Positions 20,820 through 29,007 of a DNA stretch of 64,000 nt are shown in pieces. The notes under the pieces were generated by a model, which saw only the letters and a program-made list of their open reading frames with translations, did no database searches and was not told the origin of the DNA. This DNA comes from an uncultured Candidatus Saccharibacteria bacterium (GTDB taxonomy: Bacteria; Patescibacteriota; Saccharimonadia; Saccharimonadales; 2-12-FULL-41-12). The position numbers and the translations under genes were made by a program. Location: contig CAZTQB010000002.1 in assembly GCA_964615775.1 (NCBI GenBank), positions 21,589 through 85,588 on the forward strand. Reading direction: 5' to 3'. Position 1 is the first letter of the stretch. Each line of letters opens with the position of its first letter.

Positions 20820-20962
20820 AAGTACATTAAAGTATTGACTAAATCCATACCAAGTAATATGGACACGAAGACTCTTCAGGCCTAGGCCTTCAGAGAATAA
20901 AATATTTAAGCTAAAGGCTTCTGTCCCCAGTTCGAGTCTGGGAGGAGCCACCAAAGTACATT
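20788..20962 (+). repeat. perfect 41-nt direct repeat (20788-20828 and 20922-20962) covering the tRNA-Phe 3' third plus 9 nt of flank
   Basis: TGTCCCCAGTTCGAGTCTGGGAGGAGCCACCAAAGTACATT occurs twice with identical sequence. The flanking bases differ on both sides. Confidence 0.95.
20870..20953 (+). pseudogene. tRNA-Phe-derived pseudo-tRNA (intact 3' third, scrambled 5' two-thirds)
   Basis: GACTCTT (one mismatch to the acceptor GGCTCTT) is followed by the imperfect palindrome CTCTTCAGGCC-TA-GGCCTTCAGAG. After that come an exact copy of the variable, T-arm and acceptor-3' regions and CCA. No valid D arm or anticodon arm can be drawn. Confidence 0.6.
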
Positions 20963-21006
20963 TTCAACTTACTAATTTTATGTTAAAATTAGTAAACCAT
21001 ATATAG

Positions 21007-21083
21007 GGGTGATTAGCTCAGTTGGCTAGAGCATCTCGTTTACACCGAGAGGGTCGGGGGTTCGAGTCCCTCATCACCCACCA
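21007..21083 (+). tRNA. tRNA-Val (anticodon UAC), CCA encoded
   Basis: GGGTGATTAGCTCAGTTGGCTAGAGCATCTCGTTTACACCGAGAGGGTCGGGGGTTCGAGTCCCTCATCACCCACCA. The anticodon loop is TTTACAC. Confidence 0.94.
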
Positions 21084-21087
21084 AACC

Positions 21088-21121
21088 AAAAAAGACTACC
21101 TGTTTTCAAGTAGTCTTTTTT
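21088..21121 (+). terminator. intrinsic terminator after the tRNA-Phe/Val cluster
   Basis: AAAAAAGACTAC ... GTAGTCTTTTTT. The GACTAC/GTAGTC stem has A/T extensions, a 10-nt loop and a T6 tail. Confidence 0.75.
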
Positions 21122-21200
21122 GGTTTGACAAAAATCAGTCTATTCAGGCTATGGTATACAAAGCAACCAGTTAAGCCCTATGCCTAGACTCAGTCATTTT

Positions 21201-21410
21201 TTAGGTACCGCTAAAAGATCCAGCTTCTGGTGACCATGGAGCAGTAACGCCTGCCTCCCTAGTAGCTACATTACCTACTACAGCGGTTACTGCAGGGTAT
21301 TCAGGTGTGATTCCCATATGTTCGTGATCTGGCCCTGTAAAGCCATCTTGCTCTCCAACCACCATATCTCGAAAATTACTACCACTTCCTTTCTCTGGAT
21401 TACTGTTCAT
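21201..21410 (-). CDS. hypothetical 69-aa protein, visibly more GC-rich than its surroundings
   Basis: ATG is preceded by the SD AAAGGAG (7-nt spacing). The sequence is Gly/Pro/Thr/Glu-rich and no family was recognised. Confidence 0.45.
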   Translation of the reverse strand: MNSNPEKGSGSNFRDMVVGEQDGFTGPDHEHMGITPEYPAVTAVVGNVATREAGVTAPWSPEAGSFSGT

Positions 21411-21688
21411 ATTTTACTCCTTTCAAATTAAAAACTTCAGTTTTTTAGGCTGAAACTTGTTTATAACCTTTGTTTGACTGTACTTTAGTGAGTTTTATTA
21501 CTCCGAGCTTCAACCATGGCCAAGCACAGCCCATTTAGGCCGAAAAGTAGACCCGAAATTTTCTTAGCTTGACTAGCAATTAAACTCATAAATAAAATAC
21601 TACTACTCACCCAACCGTAAGTCAAAAGATTTTACAAACTACTTAAGAAATAGATTATGCTAAAATTAAAAAAACACTAAGAGAACAT

Positions 21689-21883
21689 ATGTCATTTTTG
21701 ATAATATCGGTTATTTTGATAGTTATCGGTTACCAATGGGTAAAAGCTCATCAAAAAAACTCCTTAACCGATAAAATCCATCAAAATAATGTTGAATGGT
21801 ATGAATTTTTGTCAGGATTCTGGGAGAGTACCAAAAAACCTAGCGAAAAACACTTGCTCAGCAAAATTCTAAATACAATATAA
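21689..21883 (+). CDS. hypothetical small membrane protein
   Basis: 64-aa ORF with one N-terminal TM helix (MSFLIISVILIVIGYQWV). No family was recognised. Confidence 0.35.
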   Translation: MSFLIISVILIVIGYQWVKAHQKNSLTDKIHQNNVEWYEFLSGFWESTKKPSEKHLLSKILNTI

Positions 21884-21924
21884 GCATTGAACGACATATA
21901 CTAGCAGAGGTAGGGCTTATTTTT

Positions 21925-22169
21925 TTACGACAAATTACTTGAATGGTTTACTGTGGTGTATGTAAGAGTGATAGGTGGATGTTGGTCTGTAAAAATAAGC
22001 CAAGCGGTAGCCAGTACCATGCTTTATCGTATCGTTGCGATACCTCAAACTGCACCCATTCTCTAAACCTGTCTGTGCTAAGTATATTTTTGAATCTATC
22101 TATGAACTACTAGACAAGTTAGAGCTGTCAGATGAAGCATATGAGCGTTACAGTAAGCGTAAACTATAG
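21925..22169 (+). pseudogene. frameshifted remnant of the C-terminal zinc-ribbon/coiled-coil part of a large serine recombinase
   Basis: Three frames each hold a piece. One reads ..NYLNGLL. The next reads (M)VYCGVCKSDRWMLVCKNKPSGSQYHALSYRCDTSNC, the C-x2-C ... YRC-x4-C pattern of the recombinase zinc ribbon. The last reads AKYIFESIYELLDKLELSDEAYERYSKRKL* and ends at TAG 22167-22169. No N-terminal catalytic domain is present. Confidence 0.5.
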
Positions 22170-22241
22170 ACAATGAAAAAGAGTCTTCCCAATCTGGAAA
22201 GAACCCTTTACCAGCCTTGTAAAGGCAATTAAAATGTCGTC

Positions 22242-22328
22242 TGGTGCGGATGAGAGGATTTGAACCTCCACAGGATTACTCCCACTACGACCTCAACGTA
22301 GCCTGGCTACCAATTACAGCACATCCGC
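22242..22328 (-). tRNA. tRNA-Leu (anticodon GAG), type II, CCA encoded
   Basis: Reverse complement GCGGATGTGCTGTAATTGGTAGCCAGGCTACGTTGAGGTCGTAGTGGGAGTAATCCTGTGGAGGTTCAAATCCTCTCATCCGCACCA. The anticodon loop is TTGAGGT. Confidence 0.92.
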
Positions 22329-22387
22329 ATAAGAATTGTTACTTTTTAGTATAGTCTAATCTTGCTAATTTAATAAAGCAAAATTCT

Positions 22388-24025
22388 CTAGGTTCTAGGC
22401 ATGTGCGAATATAGATGTTGTAGAGAAAACTGATGTCGAACTAGTGGCATAATCGAATCTTTGTCGACATCGATTTTTACACCATTATTGAGTATATTGT
22501 ACGGATCAAAAATCTTTTTGACCTTTTGGAACAGCTCGTACACATCATCACCATACATACCTTTCAAATACGGACCACGCAACCGTCCATCGTTGTACTG
22601 AGCAGAAGTACTACCACCAAAATCTTTCACAAGCTCATAATATTCGTCCATAATTTTGAAAGTTTTTTGGCGGTCACCAAGTTGCGATAAATCTAACAGT
22701 GGCTGAACATGTAAATTACCCTCGCCAATATGTCCCCACATAGTAACCGGTGTATTATGATTTTGGAACATCTTATAAACCTTATCAATAAACTCGGTCA
22801 CTCTGTCAACTGGCACGATAGCATCGTCAATTATCGGTAATGCTTTAGCCGTGCCGTTGCCATGAGCCACCACCGATGCCACACTTTGACGCAGCTTCCA
22901 TAGTTGCTCTACCTCTAGCTCTTCAGATTCCATCTTATAGCTGAGCTGTTTTTTATCTAAAATTTTGCAAACTTTTTTTGCCATTTTGCTCTGAGTTTTG
23001 GTTGAAATATCATCAAATTCTATTAACAGAGCAAAATGCGGAAAAGGATGCTTAACAATATCTCTAAGCTGGTTTGGATTAAACTGATTTACATAATTAA
23101 GTAGCTTATTATCAACCATTTCTATCGAACTTGGTACTTTTGGCTGCTTTTTAAGCTGGCTGACAATATCTTGAAGTTCACTTAAATCATCACAAAAAGT
23201 AGCTATCAGAGTACTAGCCGGGTTGTAGGCTTCAGTTCTAAAAGTTATTTCTGTAATTATACCGAGCGTACCCTGACTACCAATAAACAGCGGCGTTAGG
23301 TCAAAACTACCATCTTTTCGCTTGACTTGACTAATGGCGTAACCGGCCGAGTTTTTTTCTAGTTTTAAATCAGTTTTATTGATTAAATCTTTATTCTCCT
23401 CAATAAGAGTGTCTAAAGCTCTATAAAGCTCACCTTCAAAAGAAGCCAATCCCATTTTTTTGTTCAACTCACGCTTTGATAATCGTTTAGTCTCAATGAC
23501 TTCGCCATTTGCTAAAACCACTCTTAAATTATCGACATAATTAGATGTTGTGCCATATTTTACACTCTTGATACCACCGGCATTATTGGCTACTGCTCCG
23601 CCCAATGTTGAATATTCGATAGAAGCTGGAAATGGCGGTAAAAAACGTCCATGTGTATGCAAAGTTTGCTGAAGTTTAGCATAGTTAAGCCCAGGTTCGA
23701 CCGTAACCATACCACTACGAGTATCTAGCTCTAAAATTTTGTTCATATGGGCTGGAAAAACCAACACAATACCCTTACCTATAGCAGCACCCGACTGGTC
23801 AGATCCAGAACCCCGTGCCGTAATCGATATTACACGACCACGCTCGGCCAGCTGCCAAGTAAAACGAGCTGTTTTACGTACATCGTTTTCGTTCCTAGGG
23901 TAGGCGATAATCGACGGCACAACTTCAAATATGCTGCTATCTGTAGAAAAATAACGCCTAGCATCATCGCCGACAATAATCTCACCGACCAAATGTTCTT
24001 GCAAATAGTGTGCAACCTTATTCAT
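22388..24025 (-). CDS. FAD-linked oxidase (GlcD/D-lactate dehydrogenase-like; FAD_binding_4 plus C-terminal FAD-oxidase domain)
   Basis: 545 aa with the FAD-binding PCMH-type region (ARGSGSDQSGAAIG ... GGIKSVKYGT) and a C-terminal GGSTSAQYNDGRLRG-type segment. Confidence 0.85.
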   Translation of the reverse strand: MNKVAHYLQEHLVGEIIVGDDARRYFSTDSSIFEVVPSIIAYPRNENDVRKTARFTWQLAERGRVISITARGSGSDQSGAAIGKGIVLVFPAHMNKILELDTRSGMVTVEPGLNYAKLQQTLHTHGRFLPPFPASIEYSTLGGAVANNAGGIKSVKYGTTSNYVDNLRVVLANGEVIETKRLSKRELNKKMGLASFEGELYRALDTLIEENKDLINKTDLKLEKNSAGYAISQVKRKDGSFDLTPLFIGSQGTLGIITEITFRTEAYNPASTLIATFCDDLSELQDIVSQLKKQPKVPSSIEMVDNKLLNYVNQFNPNQLRDIVKHPFPHFALLIEFDDISTKTQSKMAKKVCKILDKKQLSYKMESEELEVEQLWKLRQSVASVVAHGNGTAKALPIIDDAIVPVDRVTEFIDKVYKMFQNHNTPVTMWGHIGEGNLHVQPLLDLSQLGDRQKTFKIMDEYYELVKDFGGSTSAQYNDGRLRGPYLKGMYGDDVYELFQKVKKIFDPYNILNNGVKIDVDKDSIMPLVRHQFSLQHLYSHMPRT

Positions 24026-24092
24026 TATTCCCCTTTTTATCTCTCCTTACCCTACATTTTAACATAAGCAAAAAGCGAGAGGATAGTATATT

Positions 24093-25871
24093 TTATTGTT
24101 TCTTTACTGTACCTGTTTTTATTGTCCAATTAACAACATTGCTATACCTATCAACCGGTGTTTGCATATTTTTTACACTAAAACCTTTGAGTACAGGACT
24201 AGCGATATACATATACTCTGGCGAATAAAGAGCTAATGCCGGTGCGTCATCTCGCCAAGCTTGCAAAAAAGGACGATATTTCACTTCCCTAACCGCTGGA
24301 TCTGATCGAGTACGGCCTGCCTCAAGAGCTTTATCGGCTACAGTAGACTTGTATTCGCTCAAGTTAAGTCTTGTCTCAGACTTAATGCTGCCCTGAGAAC
24401 TATGCCAAAAAGCATAAACATCAGGGTCTGAGCCGACAGAGATTCCGTACAGCAGTGCATCATAATTATGCTGAGCCACAATACCAGTAATATCTCGCTC
24501 TTTCTCTAAGTTCACCTCTACTTGCACTCCGTAGTCTCGCCATTGTTTTTGTAGATTCGACGCAATACTAGTGTACTCACTATTGGCGACACTTGTAAGT
24601 ACGAATTTTAGCTCTTTGCCGTCTTTTTTACGCACCTTGGTAGATGGGTCAATTTGCCAACCAATTTTATCTAGCTCCGCTTCAGCTTCAGCTCTTTTAT
24701 TTACAACCTGAGAAAATTCACTATTATAGCCAACATGATTCTTTAAAAATGGACCATCAACCGTATTTGGCTTAAATGACAGTTGTCTAAGTACCTGTTC
24801 TTTGTCAATCAATTTTACCAATGCTTGCCGAACTTGCTTATCGGCTAAAATATCCTGAGAATTTTTAAAAAACACCATTACTTGACCACTAATTGGAATA
24901 TGATAGACTTCATTTTCAGCCTTTATGCCTTCTGGTTTATTTTTTAGCCCAGAAATACCATCGATATCTCTGTTGTTATATGCTGAAACTATCTGATTTT
25001 CATCCTCAAAAGAAACAATAGTTATGCGACTCAGCTTTGGCTGCCCAAGTACATATCCTGAGTTAGCTTTGAGTGAAAGAGCATTGTTGCTTTTTTTATT
25101 ATTTTCTTCAAGCTGGATTTCAGATAGCATAAATGGACCGGCACCAACTGGTTCTTGAGTATTAAAGATGTTTGACCTCAATTGGGTCATTGGTACCTTA
25201 TTTAAAATATGTTCAGGAATAATACCAACTGTAAACGACTGGTTAAAACTACTAAGTGCAACACTTAGACGAAGTTCTACTGTCAACTCATCAATCTGCT
25301 TTACTTCGACGGCCCTCCAGCTTGGCAATAAAAAGGACTTTACTTCTGGGTTTTTGATGGAGTTAATCGTATAAACTACATCTTTTGCGGTTAATTTATG
25401 GCCATCGTGCCAAGTAAGATTCGGCTTGAGCTTAATGGTATAAACCGTCTCACTAGCATCTAGAGTGTAGCCTTCGGCAAGCTCAGGAACTAGCTTGCCG
25501 TTCTCATCATATTTATATAGGCTAGCAAAGATCAGATTAGAGACCGAAGCATCAATATCGCTCTGAGCAAAAAGCGGATTAAAGTTACTAAATTTTCCAA
25601 CTATCCCCTCTCGATAATTACCGCCAGCAACCGGACCACTAGCTAGATAAAATTTTTCTAAACTAAGTGCTTGAGCCACCACAATACCTACCAGCAAAAT
25701 AACTAACAGAAGCCATCCAAGCACAAATCGTCTAACTTCAATCAAGCGAGCTAATCTCTTAATCAGATACCTATCAACGTTGTCCTCGGTAGTATTAGTT
25801 ACTTTAAGCACACGTTTTTGGCTTTTTTTTAGCTTACGTCTAAGAACAACCTGATTTTTTTTATCGAACAT
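24093..25871 (-). CDS. ABC-transporter substrate-binding protein, family 5 (peptide/nickel type), membrane-anchored
   Basis: 592 aa with an N-terminal basic region and TM anchor. The SBP_bac_5-like body includes LTWHDGHKLTAKDVVYT and SGYVLGQPKL. No permease or ATPase gene is adjacent. Confidence 0.8.
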   Translation of the reverse strand: MFDKKNQVVLRRKLKKSQKRVLKVTNTTEDNVDRYLIKRLARLIEVRRFVLGWLLLVILLVGIVVAQALSLEKFYLASGPVAGGNYREGIVGKFSNFNPLFAQSDIDASVSNLIFASLYKYDENGKLVPELAEGYTLDASETVYTIKLKPNLTWHDGHKLTAKDVVYTINSIKNPEVKSFLLPSWRAVEVKQIDELTVELRLSVALSSFNQSFTVGIIPEHILNKVPMTQLRSNIFNTQEPVGAGPFMLSEIQLEENNKKSNNALSLKANSGYVLGQPKLSRITIVSFEDENQIVSAYNNRDIDGISGLKNKPEGIKAENEVYHIPISGQVMVFFKNSQDILADKQVRQALVKLIDKEQVLRQLSFKPNTVDGPFLKNHVGYNSEFSQVVNKRAEAEAELDKIGWQIDPSTKVRKKDGKELKFVLTSVANSEYTSIASNLQKQWRDYGVQVEVNLEKERDITGIVAQHNYDALLYGISVGSDPDVYAFWHSSQGSIKSETRLNLSEYKSTVADKALEAGRTRSDPAVREVKYRPFLQAWRDDAPALALYSPEYMYIASPVLKGFSVKNMQTPVDRYSNVVNWTIKTGTVKKQ

Positions 25872-25889
25872 ACTTATTTTTGCTATTAT

Positions 25890-26102
25890 TTAAGCTAAAA
25901 CTATCATCAGTAATGATAGTGAAAAAACAATTGCAGATAGAACTGTAATCTGATGAATAGTTTTGTCTGTACCCCGACGCACAATATTTACTTCACCACC
26001 GCCACCAAGTCCAGCACCAAGTCCCGCACCCCTAGTCTGAACCAAAATTAAAATAGTCATAATCACCATTGAGCCAATTGCAATGTATCCAAATATACTC
26101 AT
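25890..26102 (-). CDS. secG: preprotein translocase subunit SecG
   Basis: 70 aa with two TM helices flanking the Gly-rich loop VQTRGAGLGAGLGGGG. Confidence 0.85.
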   Translation of the reverse strand: MSIFGYIAIGSMVIMTILILVQTRGAGLGAGLGGGGEVNIVRRGTDKTIHQITVLSAIVFSLSLLMIVLA

Positions 26103-26160
26103 TTATTCTCCTTTGCTTGGTAATTAATATTTTAGCAAAATTCAATCACTTCTAGCAAGG

Positions 26161-27363
26161 CTACTTTGGGATATTAGTAGACAAAACTTCAGCTCCATCT
26201 TCGGTAATTACAATATCGTCCTCAATCCTAATGCCAATCTTCTCCTCGGGTATATAAATACCCGGCTCAACAGTCAAAACCATGCCTCTATCTAACGGCT
26301 GATCGACCAGCCCAACATCGTGAACGTCGATTCCCAGAAAATGCGAAGTAGCATGTGGATAATATCTGGCTACCATATCTTTATCGATAGACTTAATTAG
26401 ACCAAGCTCACGCAGCTTTTCACCAGCGTATTTCCTAACTCCTTCTTCGTAATCTTTTAGTGTTATTCCTGGCTTCAACATATCAATCGCAAAACTTTGA
26501 ATTAATGCCACTGTTTCATAAACCTTTGCTTGTCGTTTAGTTGGATTAGCTACATAGGTCCTGGTTATATCAGCAGCATATTTAGTGCTTTTTACCGCTG
26601 CATCGATTAATGTAAACTCTTTGTGGTCAATCTTTGAGTTATTTTGTGTGTAATGAAGGGTAATTGCATTCTCGCCATTGGCGATTATTGGATCGTAGGC
26701 AAACTCTAAATCATTTTTTAATAAATATTTTTTGGCGTCCATGAGCAAATCCGACTCGTTCTGCGAACTTGATAATTTACGAGAGAAAATTGCTTGCAGT
26801 TTAGCAGTATGACTAATCGCCTGAGCTATCATACCAAGTTCATTCGAAGTTTTTCGGCTCCGCAAACTAGCTAAAATCTTGCCTAAATCTATCAATTTCA
26901 GTTGTGAGTTAGCCTTAAACATTTTTTTTAATAAATGAGTTTTTGAAGGATTTGTAAACATGTACAAATCCTCTACGTAACTTAGCGAGGGCTGGATTGT
27001 TGCTAAATGAACAGACTTACAGACTCGTTTTATTAGTTTTTCCATGCCGGTATCGTAGTCATATATTTTAATCACGCCAGAAGTTTTTATAACTTTATCG
27101 TAATCGTTTTTTTCATGAAAAATTTCTTGATAATGATTCGTTTTTGGAGCAATCAAGTACTCTTGGCCATTATCAATCACCAAAACATAGCCAGGTTCTT
27201 CAACTCCAGTTAAATACCAGAAATTTGAATCCTGAACAAAGTCGTAGGCTGCATCACGGCTTCTTTGCATAAGGCAATTACCGATAATCACAATTGGAGC
27301 TGTACCTTCAAAATTTTGAAGCAACTTAACTCGATTATTTACAAAAAATTCAGTCTCAATCAT
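26161..27363 (-). CDS. Xaa-Pro aminopeptidase (peptidase M24B)
   Basis: Creatinase-like N-domain plus an M24 metal-ligand pattern (DAAV...DITRT, HATSHFLGIDVHD, EPGIY, IRIEDD). Confidence 0.88.
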   Translation of the reverse strand: MIETEFFVNNRVKLLQNFEGTAPIVIIGNCLMQRSRDAAYDFVQDSNFWYLTGVEEPGYVLVIDNGQEYLIAPKTNHYQEIFHEKNDYDKVIKTSGVIKIYDYDTGMEKLIKRVCKSVHLATIQPSLSYVEDLYMFTNPSKTHLLKKMFKANSQLKLIDLGKILASLRSRKTSNELGMIAQAISHTAKLQAIFSRKLSSSQNESDLLMDAKKYLLKNDLEFAYDPIIANGENAITLHYTQNNSKIDHKEFTLIDAAVKSTKYAADITRTYVANPTKRQAKVYETVALIQSFAIDMLKPGITLKDYEEGVRKYAGEKLRELGLIKSIDKDMVARYYPHATSHFLGIDVHDVGLVDQPLDRGMVLTVEPGIYIPEEKIGIRIEDDIVITEDGAEVLSTNIPK

Positions 27364-27382
27364 ATTATTTCTATTTACTTGG

Positions 27383-28927
27383 TTAGATTATACTTTTATT
27401 TTTGGTTGTTTCAATTTTTTCATCTTTAAAATTGGCATAAATTCTGCCAGCCAATTTTTGCCCAACAACCATTTCTAGCTCATTCAAACTCGCCAACTTA
27501 ACACCCGACAAGCTACCAAATTTGCGAATAAGTTTCCGACGAGAAACTTGCCCAACACCTTGTATGTCATCCAAAATGCTGCTGGTCTGCCTCTTCCGCT
27601 TCAATACAGAATGATAACTAACCGCAAATCTATGACTTTCATCACGAACTCTCTGCAGTAACTTTATTAAATTAGTATTCACGGGTAAATTTATTAACAC
27701 AAAATCATCTGACTCAGTCAGATAGCCCCCAAGTTTTTTCACTTCTTCTTTGTTTATGCTCACACTACTACCAGCATTTTGCGAATTAGGTTTTTTTACG
27801 ACAATTTGCTCTTCGCGTTTGGCTAACCCTACAAAAATTAGCTTGTTCTGTCCTGCCTCTTCTCGAGCTTTTATTGCAGCATCAAGTTGACCCTTACCAC
27901 CATCTATCAAAAATAGTTCAGCCAGACCCCATTGTTTCACATTTTTATCACTCAGCCGTCGACGAATCGTTTCATTCATATTATAAAAATCATTATTTTG
28001 ATCATGTTTAGTTTTGAATTTACGATATTCACTCTTATCACTAACCCCATTGGTAAAAACTACCATACTAGCCACTACATCACTGCCTTGTTGATGAGAA
28101 ATATCATAACCCTCAATCCGCCTAGGAAATTTAGGAATACTTAACACGTTAACTAATTCGTTCAAAGCGTGGTCCTTAGAAATGTCCATAAACTCTTTAT
28201 CAGAAAACACTACTTGTTTATTGAGGTTTTTTAGGTGGGTTATTTGGTTACGGATTTTGGCAGCTGTTTCAAACTCTTGATTTTTGGCCATGTCTGTCAT
28301 CACTTTTTGCAGCTCTTTAATAACTTTTTTATGCTTACCTTCAATCACATTTATAAGTCGACGCAGATTTGCTCGATAATCCTTTAGACTAGTTCGTCCT
28401 TCCTCTAGTCCTGGATCAAGTCCAATATGATAATGTAAACTAGCTCGTTTTTGACCATGTTTTTTACTAGTTGCAAATGGGAAAATTTTACGCAAAATTT
28501 TGAGTGCTTGACGAACGCTATATGCACTAAAATAAGGACCAAAATACTTAGCACCATCGTCAATTGGCCGACGAGTTGTTGAGACTGTCGGATAATCACT
28601 ATCATAATCAATTCGAATATAGCTCATAGCTTTATCGTCTCTGAGTAAAATATTGTACTGTGGCATGTAACGCCGAATCATCTCGGCCTCCAAGAATAAC
28701 GCTTCAATCTCCGAGTCGACCACCATCCAATCGGTATCAAATATTTCGTTAACTAAAGCATCTGTTTTGGGATCGTGCGTCCGCGACTTATGAAAATACT
28801 GTCGAACTCGATTATTTAACTTTGCTGCCTTGCCAACATAAATAATCTCACCGGCCTTATTTTTATGGAAATATACCCCCGGCTCTTTTGGAAGAGTTTT
28901 TAATTTATCGGCAAGCTTGTCGTTCAT
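27383..28927 (-). CDS. uvrC: excinuclease ABC subunit C
   Basis: GIY-YIG N-terminus (GVYFHKNKAGEIIYVGKA), UVR motif (FETAAKIRNQITHL), Endo V-like domain and a C-terminal HhH (VGQVSRRKLIRKFGS). Confidence 0.93.
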   Translation of the reverse strand: MNDKLADKLKTLPKEPGVYFHKNKAGEIIYVGKAAKLNNRVRQYFHKSRTHDPKTDALVNEIFDTDWMVVDSEIEALFLEAEMIRRYMPQYNILLRDDKAMSYIRIDYDSDYPTVSTTRRPIDDGAKYFGPYFSAYSVRQALKILRKIFPFATSKKHGQKRASLHYHIGLDPGLEEGRTSLKDYRANLRRLINVIEGKHKKVIKELQKVMTDMAKNQEFETAAKIRNQITHLKNLNKQVVFSDKEFMDISKDHALNELVNVLSIPKFPRRIEGYDISHQQGSDVVASMVVFTNGVSDKSEYRKFKTKHDQNNDFYNMNETIRRRLSDKNVKQWGLAELFLIDGGKGQLDAAIKAREEAGQNKLIFVGLAKREEQIVVKKPNSQNAGSSVSINKEEVKKLGGYLTESDDFVLINLPVNTNLIKLLQRVRDESHRFAVSYHSVLKRKRQTSSILDDIQGVGQVSRRKLIRKFGSLSGVKLASLNELEMVVGQKLAGRIYANFKDEKIETTKNKSII

Positions 28928-29007
28928 TGATAGCTATTATACTAAGAAAATAACTTGCCTTGGAATATATCGCTATGAGATAATGGTTATGTTAAATAAA
29001 AACAAAC

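Noticed and set aside
20870-20953. Possible functional extra tRNA (an AAA or UCA anticodon could be read from parts of the sequence)
   Set aside because: No valid D arm can be drawn. The only anticodon-like stem (AAGCT/GGCTT) encloses a 3-nt loop, and the acceptor has an A:C mismatch. It is best treated as a pseudo-tRNA.
20718-20954. 78-aa minus-strand ORF in the ORF track (MVAPPRLELGTEAF...)
   Set aside because: It runs antisense through tRNA-Phe and its partial copy. The repeated PRLELG/PDSNWG peptide simply mirrors the duplicated tRNA 3' end, so it is not a gene.
20969-20995. Perfect 12-bp AT-only hairpin (TTACTAATTTTA-TGT-TAAAATTAGTAA) between the pseudo-tRNA and tRNA-Val as a terminator
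   Set aside because: It has no GC pairs and no following T-run. It sits inside what is probably one tRNA transcription unit. It is noted only as a repeat.
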